In this document: one piece after another, positions 7,688 to 15,753 of the stretch
How the letters are laid out: each line of letters opens with the position of its first letter
Numbering within the stretch: position 1 is the stretch's first letter
Assembly (NCBI GenBank): GCA_040218735.1
Contig: JAVJQW010000018.1
Coordinates: 32,001-96,000, forward strand
DNA: 64,000 nt
Direction: 5' to 3'
Source of the DNA: Deltaproteobacteria bacterium
GTDB lineage: Bacteria > Myxococcota > Kuafuiibacteriia > Kuafuiibacteriales > Kuafuiibacteriaceae
Notes under the pieces: generated by a model
The model's input: only the letters and a program-made list of their open reading frames with translations
Databases searched by the model: none
What the model was told of the DNA's origin: nothing
Made by a program: the position numbers and the translations under genes

Positions 7688-9496
7688 TCACCCCGACTCC
7701 GCCGACGTCGAGTCGATGTAGCCGCGTTCCGCGAGGCCGTCGAGCCTCGCGAAGTACTCTTCTTTCGCTTCCTCGGCCGAGCCGAAGAACAACCGATGCA
7801 TCCGCATCGCGTCCAACGCTCGACCCCACCGCAAGACGACTTGCCGGTCGTCGAGCGAGATTCGGTAGGTCGTCGAGCCGTCACGTTCGCGGCGGATCAA
7901 CGTCCGCGTCTCCGCGCGGATCAACTTACGACCCTCTTCCGTGTTGCGCGCCGCTTCGAGCTCCGCGCGTTTGCGGGCGTACGCGAGGCGCAGCGCGATC
8001 ATCGGCACCGTCGGACCTTCGCGCAACCCCGCGCGACGGAACTGCGGGCTCGTGCAGGTCGCGTCGACGGTGCGCCCCTCGCGGTCCAGCGTGAACGACG
8101 TCGAGTAGACGCGGTGTGCCTTCTCGTCCGCGACCGTCCCTTCGATCCGCATCCCCTCCGCGCCGAGGTCGTGCAGCTTCGTGATCTCCACCTGGCCGGG
8201 TGTCTGTAGCAGCCGGTGCGCCTCGGCTTCGCCCGCGTCGCGGTAACGCACGTGCTCGCGGTCGATCGCATCCGAGAACAACGCCCGCGCGCGGAACACC
8301 GCGGCGGGGACGTCGTGCACCACCCGGCCCCGCTCGATCTCCGCGAGGAGCGCCTGCCGGATCGCGTTCGTGCTGCGCCCGAGCTCGGACGCGAGCGCCG
8401 TGATCGACGCCGGCCCGTGACCGAGCCGCTGCAACACCCGCGGCGCGAGCAAGTCGTCCGTCGTACCCGCCGCGAGCAGGTCGAACGTCGCGATCCCCGC
8501 CCATCCGCTGTCGACCCAGCCCGACAACGACAACGTCAGCTGCGCGTCGCCGAGATCGACCACGTAGGTCGCCGGCAGCCCTGCGCCGAGGACCCGCACT
8601 TGGACCTTCTTCGCGTGCGGCAACACCCGCGCGAGCGCCATCAACCGCTTGCGCCCCCACGTCCGCAGGATGATCGGACGGTCGCCTTCGTACGGCCCCG
8701 CGGTCCCCGTGAACACGAGGTCCCACGGCTCGAGCACCAGACGCGGCGCCTCACCCGGGACCAGCTCGTAGCGCAACGCCCGCGGCGACGTGCGCGCGCG
8801 CTGACGCTTGAGCGTGAGGAGCACGTTGTAGAGATCGACCGGCGCGAGCTCGAACGTCGACGCCGGGAGCGTCGACGCCGCCTGCACCTGACCGAACGCA
8901 CGAATCCAGCGGTACGGCACGGCGATCTCACGGTCCTCGCCGCTCGCGCCGGGCCGCACGGTCAGCGAAGTGGTGCGGTACGAACGAATGCGGGCGATCG
9001 ACTCCAGCGCCGCCGCCGTCAGGTTCAGGTTCGTGGTCCCCGATTGGAACGAAGGCGCCGAGAACGCTTCGCGCGCGAGGAACAACCGCGCGTACGAAGA
9101 CTCGTCGCGGGAGAACACTTCGAGCGCGACGCCGTCCTCCGTGACGTGCAGGATCGGATCGAGCGGCGCCGCGACCTCCTCCTGCTCGCCGTACTTCGCA
9201 TCGAGGTAGGCCTTCTGGGCGTTCCACAGCTCGTTCGACGCCGCCTTCCCCTTCGTCGCGAGGTACGCGAGATAGTCCGACCGATCCTGCGCCTTGAACC
9301 GAAGGTCGCTCGCCAACACGTCGCCCACGCCGAGCAACGCATCACGCGCAACCTCCGGCCGCACCAGCTCACCCGACACCGACGGGCCCGCGCGCATCGC
9401 GTCGGTCGAGAGCATGACGTCGAGTCGATCGCCATCGACGGTCGGTGCGACGGGCGCGTCGTAGCGAACGACGACGCGTTTGGTCTCGGCGCTCAT
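7688..9496 (-). CDS. Retron-associated protein with degenerate SWIM-like finger and C-terminal WGR domain
   Basis: DPILHV..DGVALEVFSRDESSY, WIRAFGQVQ, RTWGRKRL, DATCTS...GPTVPMIALR, VVLRWGR...RGY; ATGA overlap with upstream gene. Confidence 0.8.
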   Translation of the reverse strand: MSAETKRVVVRYDAPVAPTVDGDRLDVMLSTDAMRAGPSVSGELVRPEVARDALLGVGDVLASDLRFKAQDRSDYLAYLATKGKAASNELWNAQKAYLDAKYGEQEEVAAPLDPILHVTEDGVALEVFSRDESSYARLFLAREAFSAPSFQSGTTNLNLTAAALESIARIRSYRTTSLTVRPGASGEDREIAVPYRWIRAFGQVQAASTLPASTFELAPVDLYNVLLTLKRQRARTSPRALRYELVPGEAPRLVLEPWDLVFTGTAGPYEGDRPIILRTWGRKRLMALARVLPHAKKVQVRVLGAGLPATYVVDLGDAQLTLSLSGWVDSGWAGIATFDLLAAGTTDDLLAPRVLQRLGHGPASITALASELGRSTNAIRQALLAEIERGRVVHDVPAAVFRARALFSDAIDREHVRYRDAGEAEAHRLLQTPGQVEITKLHDLGAEGMRIEGTVADEKAHRVYSTSFTLDREGRTVDATCTSPQFRRAGLREGPTVPMIALRLAYARKRAELEAARNTEEGRKLIRAETRTLIRRERDGSTTYRISLDDRQVVLRWGRALDAMRMHRLFFGSAEEAKEEYFARLDGLAERGYIDSTSAESG

Positions 9497-12400
9497 GTCC
9501 GGGCCTCCCGTTGCTGCTGCCGCTGCGCGCGGCGCAACGCCTTGAAGGTCGCGGCGCGGACGGCGTCCGGCTCACCCTCGGTGTCGAGGATCGACTGCAG
9601 CGCGTTCGCCGCCGCGTCCGTCCCGACACGACCGAGCGCGTAGATCGCGGAGAGACGCGCGGCGGACTCCCCGGACCCCGCCGCCGTCGCGACGAGCGCA
9701 TCCACGCGCCGATCCCCGACCGCGGAGAACAGCGCGATCGGCCGCTCGTCGGACGCGAGCACCGCCGTCGCGTCGGCGTCGAGCGCCGCGCTTACCATCG
9801 GGCCCACCGCGCCCGGATCCGGCACGGCGGTCTCGCGGAGAATCGCGGGCGCGGCCGCAGCGTCGAGCGCGACGATGGTCGCAGCAGCCGCCGCGCGCAC
9901 CGAAGCGTCGGACGCGGACAGCGCCGGCTTCAAACGCGCCACGTCGCCGGCGCTCCCCACCGCTGCGATGAGTCGGAGCGCCTCCACCCGCACGTCGGCC
10001 GGCGCATCCTCCGAGGTGATCGCTCGATACGCCGCCGCGCTCGCGTCGGCCTTCAGGCGCGCCGCCGCCCACATCGCGGCGTGCCACGCGCGGTGGTCCT
10101 TCTCTCGCTCCGAACGCTCCAGCGCTCCGAGGACGTCCGGGCCGAGCGCGAGGTTGCCGGCGGCGCCCGCGAGGAACGCAGCCTCGGCGCGGGCGTGGCC
10201 GTCGTCGCTCGCGAGGAGCGCACGCAGCTCTTCGGACGGCGCGAGGCCGCGCCGTGCGAGGCCGAGCCGCAAACGTCGACGCACTTCGCGATCTTCGATT
10301 GCCGCGATGCGCGAAACGAGGGTCGCGGCGTCGCCGCCCTTCGCGAGGAACGCCGCCGCCGGCGCGCTGACGTCCGAGTGTTGGCTGTCGAGCGCGTGCA
10401 GCGCGACGCGCGTCGGGTCGTCCGCGAAGGTCTTCGTGAGCGCCGCGAGGGCCTTCCGTCGCACCGCCCGATCGGGATCACCGAGTGCGTCCGCGAGCAC
10501 CAGCTCGGACGCGGCCGGTGCGAGGACGATCAGCTGATCGATCGCGAAGCGTCGCAGGTTCAGATCGTCGTAGCGGTCCGCGACGATGCGTTCGATCTGC
10601 TCGCGGCTCGCGTCGTCGCCCGCCCGTCGCAGCCCGGTGATCGTCTGGCGGCGAACGTCCGCCGTCCCCTCACGCGCGAGGCGCACCACCGTGGAACGGA
10701 TCTCTCGCCGCCGCTCTTCATCGACGATCCGCGGCACCATCGACGCGAGCGCCTCGGCCGCGAAGGGCACGAGCGCAAGGTCCGCTTCCTCGAGCTCTGC
10801 GCTCGGATCCACGAACGCGATCAGCTCATCGACGGCGCGGTCGTCTCCGAGCACGCCGAGCCCGAGCATCGCCTGCTGTCGCTCATGCGGCAGTCCGGCC
10901 TTCAGCACCAGCAGCAACGGCCGGAACGCCTCGACGCGGCCGCGCACCGCGAGGCCGACCGCCGCGGGGAGCACCAGCTCGCGTCGGCCGGCGGCGATCG
11001 CGCGCTCCAACGCGGCGATCGAAGCACCTTCGATGTGCTCGGCGCGGAACGCGATCGACTCGGCGGCGGCGACGCGCACGTCTGCGTCGCGGTCGTCGAT
11101 CAGCTTGGCGAGGGTCACCTCCGCGTCCGCGTCCTCGACCGCGTTCAACAGCGTCGCCGCGGCGATACGCAGCTCGGGGCGAATGCTCGCCGCCGCGACG
11201 CCCGCGTACCGAATCGCGAGCGCGTCGTGGTAGCGCAGGCGTGCGCCGCCGTCGGTGATCGGGACGCTGGGCCGCGACGTGTCGCGCGCGATCGCGACGA
11301 GCGCTTCCCACCCCGTGTCGCCGAGCGCGGTGTCCTCGTCCGCGAGGATCGCGAAGAGTGTGTCGGACGCCGCGTCACTCCCGATGCGGCCGAGCGCCCG
11401 GACGATAGCGCGGCGGTCCGCGGTGGCGTCGGGGTCGTCTTCGAGGCGGCCGGTGAGGGCGGTCGCCGCCGTCGCCGCATGTTCGTTTGCGGCCGACGCC
11501 AACGTCACCAGCCCGTCGATCGCGCGCGAGGCGGTGCGTTCGTCGTCGCTCCGCAGGAACCCGGCGAAGACGTCGGCGGTGCGGGGGTCGCCACGACGCG
11601 CCAGGCTGCGCGCCGCCTGCATTCGCAGATCTTCGTGGTCACTCTCCAGCGCGCGCCCGAGCGCGGCGCGGATGCGTGCCTCGTGGTCGTCGGCGTTGGG
11701 CAGCGCGGCGAGGCGGTCCACAACGAGTCGTCGCACGTCGGCGAACGGGCTCTCGAGGGCGATGAACCAAGGCTCGAGGCTACCCTCCTCGAACAATCGA
11801 GGCAGCCGCGACAGCGCGTGGGCGCGCGCATCACGGCTCTTCGCCGCAAGCGTGCGCGGCGCGAGCTCGCGCGCGGCGGCGTCGCCCTCCAGCGCTCGCT
11901 CGATCACGAGATCCACCGCCGTGCGTCCCACATCGTCCGCCGACGAATCGAGCGAAAGCAGCAGAGGTGTGATCGGGTCTTCGGGGTACAGCTCGGTCAG
12001 CGCCGTCTGCGCGCGGCGCCGCACGAGGTGGTGCGGATCCGACAACGCCCGGCGGACGATCGGCAGCACGGCGTCGCGTCCCACGGACGCCAGCGACGAC
12101 AGCGCGACGAGCCGCGCGACGCTGTCGCGGCGAACGCGGTGGGTCTCGTCGGCTTCGCCCTCGGGCGGCGCCTGACGGACGAGCCCGGCGTAGGTGCCGA
12201 ACAGCACCTCGTCGACCGGCCCCGGCTTGGCTTCGCCGCGGGCGAACAGGCGACGCAGCCAACCCTTCTTGGTTCGGGTGCGCGACTCGTCTTCCCAGTT
12301 CGTGTGCGGGCGCGCGCCACCGCCGGGTCTCGCGAGCCGACGCGCTTCACGCCAGTAGCCCTTCGGCGTCGCGCGGAGCTCCAACACACGCGCGGCGGCG

Positions 12401-15400
12401 TAGCGCTGCTCCGGGTCGTCGCTCGCGAGCGCCGCGACGACCACCGACAACAGCCGGGCCTGCTCTTCCTCCGACGGAAGGTCCTTGGGCTTCGCTCCGC
12501 GCTCCGGAGTCTTCGGCCCGACCATCGAACGCGCGACGTCTCCGATGGCCTCCTCGTCCGTGCGTGTCTCGAGCGCGCGCGCCGCCGCGAAGCGAACCTC
12601 CGGGTGCGCGCTCGAGAGCGCGAGCACGAGGAGGTCCGGTACGAGCCCCGCCCGTGCGAGCGCGATGTCACGTGCGACGACGATCGCGAGCACGAGGTCC
12701 GCGACCTCGCGATCTGGATCCTGAAGCCCGGCGAGCAACCCGCGCACGCCATCGGGGCCGAGCGCGACGAACCCGAGGATCGCGCCGACGCGTATCGGGC
12801 GGTGATCGTGCGTGAGGGTGCCGGCGAGAACGACGGCCGCGCGGTCGTCGCCGAGGCGCGCGAGGCCCTCCGCCGCCCAGCTCCGCACCGCCATGTCCGC
12901 GTGCGCGAGCGCGTCGACCAGCGGCTTCTCGCGCCCGGGTCGACACGCGGTCGCGAGGCCACGGGCGCCCATCTCGCGGACCGTGCCGTCCTCGTCGTCG
13001 AGGAGGGAGATATAGAACGGGATGACGCTCGGGTCGCCGACGTCCGCGAGCGCCCGCGCCGCGCGTGCGCGCAGGTCGTCGGTCGGGCGATCGAACGCGA
13101 TCTTCGGGATGCGCAGGAGCGCCTTAATCGGCTCCACGGCGCGTTTGTCACGACGTTTGCCGAGCAGCTCCGCCGCGCGCACCCGCAGCTCGAAGAACAC
13201 ACTCGCGAACGCACGCCGGTATGGTTCGACGTCCTGGTGGAACATCGCGTCCGCCGCTTCGATCGCCGCGAGGTGAACGTCACGGTGCTCCTCCGTGATG
13301 AGCTCGAGGAGGCGGGCGCGGAGATCCTCGGCCGGCGCGCGGCGACAGCCCTTGCACCCGGCGGCGCGGACCTCGGGCCGCGGCGAGTGGAGCGCCATCA
13401 GGAACACGTCGGACTTGGTCTCCTCCGCTTCGTCCTTCGTGATCGCTTTCAGCGCGGCGAGCCCCACGTCGGACGACGCGTCCGCGACGAGCGCGAGCAA
13501 CAGACGCCGCGCCCACTCGCCCTCCGCCTTCGCGAGGCGGTCCACGACGGAGCGCCGGACGTCGGCGTGTCTCGAACCCGCGCCCCGCCGCAAGGCAGGT
13601 TGCAAGTCTTCGCTGTGCCACGCGAGCAGCGTGCGCAGCGCCTCGGTGCGGACCTTCGAGGACTCGTCGTCGAGCGCGCGCCCGAGGAGCTCGTCGGCGC
13701 GGGACTCACCCTGCGCGGCGACGACGAGCGCGAGCGATCGGCTCCGGATGTCGTCGCGGCCCGCGTCGAGGGCGAGCGCGGCGAGGTCGAGGCGGGCGTC
13801 GGTGCCCTCTCCCGCGAGGTCGAGCAGAGCCTCGAAGGCCGCGTTGGCGATCTTCTCGCTGGTGTCGTCGAGCAGCCATGACAGGCGCGCGGTCGCGCGG
13901 TCGTCGTTTGGTATCGCGCGCGCGGCGACGAGGAGCGGCGCGACGACCATCGCGCGGACTTCGTCTCGGCTCTCGCGGCTGAGCTGCAGCAGCGCGCCCA
14001 CCGCTCTCAGATCTCCGAGCGCGGCGAGGCGCGCGGCGCCGAGCAACGCGGCGTCCGCACGACGACACGCGAGCGCGGCGAACAGCGGGACGAGGTCGGC
14101 CTCCTCGGGGGCGCCATCGGCTGCCGCCGTGCCGATCGCCTCGAGCGCCTTGGCGGCGTCGGGGTCGACGGCCGCGAGGCGGGCGGCGAGCCGAGGGCGT
14201 GCGGCGACGGCGACGTAGAACGCGGTGCGCCGGATCGCCGCGTCGTCGTCGTCGAGCGAGCGTTCGACGAGGTGCTGTCCGTCGGGGGTCGCGGAGAGGT
14301 TCGACTTCGCGAGGCGGAGGAGCGTCGCCTTGCGAACGTCCGGCGGCCCCCGTTCCAGGGCGACCTCCGCTGCGGCGAGCGGCGCGTCGCGCTCCAGCGT
14401 GAACAGCGATTCGAGCGCGGCCTTTCGGACCTCGTCGTCGCCGTCCGAGAGGCTTCGCGCGACGAGCCCGGGCACCAGCGGCGACGCCGCACGGTGCGCG
14501 GGGAGCCGCTCCACCGCGAGCTTGCGGAGGTCCGCGTGGCTCGAGCTCAGCGCTGCGGTCAGTGGTCCGACGGGGGTTCGAACGTCGATCGTCGCCAGCG
14601 CATCGAACGCTGCGCGGCGCGCACCGGCGTCGGCGTCGTTCAGAGCCGACTTCAGCGCGCCTCGCGAGCGACGCCGTTCGCCCCGCCCGATGGCGGCGGC
14701 GGCGGCCTTGCGGACCTCGGCGTCGCGGTCCTGGGTCAGCGCGCGGTCGAGTAGCTCGCGGGCTTCGTCTTCCGCGAGGCCCTCCAGCATCATCACCGCG
14801 TCGAGCCGCGCTTGGCTGCCGCGTGCGCCGAGGTCGGCCGAGAGGCGCTCGAACGCGGAGCCGTAGCGCTTCGTCTTGTGGGGTGCGCCCTTGCCGTCGA
14901 GGCCGACGATCGTCAGGCGCCGGTCTTCGCCGACCAACGCGATTCGCTCGGCGTCCAGCAGCACGCCGGACGTCAACGTACCGCCGACCTCGGTGAGCTT
15001 CGGTTTGCGACGGCTGTCGACGAACCACGACGCGAGGTTGCCGTCCTGCCCGACGGAGTGCAGCCGCCCGGGCCCCACGAACAACGCGACCACCGGACCG
15101 CGGTGGGCCTGGTCGCCGGAGCGGTCCTCTTCGTCGACGGCGCCCTCGAGGAAACACAGGCGAATCGATCCGTCCCCGCACCCCACCGCGACTCGACCGT
15201 CGCCCGTGAACGCGAGTGAACGTACGCCGCCTTCGCCGCACGGCATCCGGCGCGGCTCGCCGCTCCGCATCGCGAACACGACGCCTTCGTCGCCGCCGGT
15301 CGCAACGGTCTCACTGCTCGGGTCGAAGGTGGTCGCGCGCAGCGGCTCCTTCGACAGCACGACCGACGTCAGCTCGGTGCCGTTGGCGTCGAGCACGAGC

Positions 15401-15753
15401 ACCGACCCGTCTTCGCGCGCGGCGTAGACACGTTGGTCCGCGACCAGCGCGTTGGTCTTCGAGCCCGGGTGTGCGGCGCCGAGTGTCGGTCGGTTGCCGG
15501 AGAGGTCGTAGATGGTGAGGCCGCCGCGCTCGTCGGCGACGAAGAGGCGGTCCTCGCCCGAGAAGGCGAGCGCCGTGACCGGCGCGCCGACGTCGATGGC
15601 GTGTTTGGGCTCCAGCTTCTTGCCTTCGAAGACGTGAACGGTGGAGGCCGCGACGTTCGGCGCGTCGCGCCGCCCGCCGATCGCGACGCGCCGCCCTGAA
15701 GGCGTGCATGCGACCGCGGTGAGTCGCTCGAGGTGCGGTCGGAAGTCAGCCAC
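9493..15753 (-). CDS. About 2086-aa WD40-like beta-propeller + HEAT/ARM-repeat protein
   Basis: N-terminal blades (VTALAFSG, VRSLAFTGDGRVAVGCGDGSIRL) then many L.D.D..VR..A HEAT motifs; start moved to GTG 15753 (GGGGAG RBS, overlaps upstream stop). Confidence 0.85.
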   Translation of the reverse strand: MADFRPHLERLTAVACTPSGRRVAIGGRRDAPNVAASTVHVFEGKKLEPKHAIDVGAPVTALAFSGEDRLFVADERGGLTIYDLSGNRPTLGAAHPGSKTNALVADQRVYAAREDGSVLVLDANGTELTSVVLSKEPLRATTFDPSSETVATGGDEGVVFAMRSGEPRRMPCGEGGVRSLAFTGDGRVAVGCGDGSIRLCFLEGAVDEEDRSGDQAHRGPVVALFVGPGRLHSVGQDGNLASWFVDSRRKPKLTEVGGTLTSGVLLDAERIALVGEDRRLTIVGLDGKGAPHKTKRYGSAFERLSADLGARGSQARLDAVMMLEGLAEDEARELLDRALTQDRDAEVRKAAAAAIGRGERRRSRGALKSALNDADAGARRAAFDALATIDVRTPVGPLTAALSSSHADLRKLAVERLPAHRAASPLVPGLVARSLSDGDDEVRKAALESLFTLERDAPLAAAEVALERGPPDVRKATLLRLAKSNLSATPDGQHLVERSLDDDDAAIRRTAFYVAVAARPRLAARLAAVDPDAAKALEAIGTAAADGAPEEADLVPLFAALACRRADAALLGAARLAALGDLRAVGALLQLSRESRDEVRAMVVAPLLVAARAIPNDDRATARLSWLLDDTSEKIANAAFEALLDLAGEGTDARLDLAALALDAGRDDIRSRSLALVVAAQGESRADELLGRALDDESSKVRTEALRTLLAWHSEDLQPALRRGAGSRHADVRRSVVDRLAKAEGEWARRLLLALVADASSDVGLAALKAITKDEAEETKSDVFLMALHSPRPEVRAAGCKGCRRAPAEDLRARLLELITEEHRDVHLAAIEAADAMFHQDVEPYRRAFASVFFELRVRAAELLGKRRDKRAVEPIKALLRIPKIAFDRPTDDLRARAARALADVGDPSVIPFYISLLDDEDGTVREMGARGLATACRPGREKPLVDALAHADMAVRSWAAEGLARLGDDRAAVVLAGTLTHDHRPIRVGAILGFVALGPDGVRGLLAGLQDPDREVADLVLAIVVARDIALARAGLVPDLLVLALSSAHPEVRFAAARALETRTDEEAIGDVARSMVGPKTPERGAKPKDLPSEEEQARLLSVVVAALASDDPEQRYAAARVLELRATPKGYWREARRLARPGGGARPHTNWEDESRTRTKKGWLRRLFARGEAKPGPVDEVLFGTYAGLVRQAPPEGEADETHRVRRDSVARLVALSSLASVGRDAVLPIVRRALSDPHHLVRRRAQTALTELYPEDPITPLLLSLDSSADDVGRTAVDLVIERALEGDAAARELAPRTLAAKSRDARAHALSRLPRLFEEGSLEPWFIALESPFADVRRLVVDRLAALPNADDHEARIRAALGRALESDHEDLRMQAARSLARRGDPRTADVFAGFLRSDDERTASRAIDGLVTLASAANEHAATAATALTGRLEDDPDATADRRAIVRALGRIGSDAASDTLFAILADEDTALGDTGWEALVAIARDTSRPSVPITDGGARLRYHDALAIRYAGVAAASIRPELRIAAATLLNAVEDADAEVTLAKLIDDRDADVRVAAAESIAFRAEHIEGASIAALERAIAAGRRELVLPAAVGLAVRGRVEAFRPLLLVLKAGLPHERQQAMLGLGVLGDDRAVDELIAFVDPSAELEEADLALVPFAAEALASMVPRIVDEERRREIRSTVVRLAREGTADVRRQTITGLRRAGDDASREQIERIVADRYDDLNLRRFAIDQLIVLAPAASELVLADALGDPDRAVRRKALAALTKTFADDPTRVALHALDSQHSDVSAPAAAFLAKGGDAATLVSRIAAIEDREVRRRLRLGLARRGLAPSEELRALLASDDGHARAEAAFLAGAAGNLALGPDVLGALERSEREKDHRAWHAAMWAAARLKADASAAAYRAITSEDAPADVRVEALRLIAAVGSAGDVARLKPALSASDASVRAAAAATIVALDAAAAPAILRETAVPDPGAVGPMVSAALDADATAVLASDERPIALFSAVGDRRVDALVATAAGSGESAARLSAIYALGRVGTDAAANALQSILDTEGEPDAVRAATFKALRRAQRQQQREART

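Noticed and set aside
9445-13881. 1478-aa plus-strand ORF
   Set aside because: Antisense shadow of the HEAT gene, caused by GC-rich codon bias; Arg-rich with no motifs.
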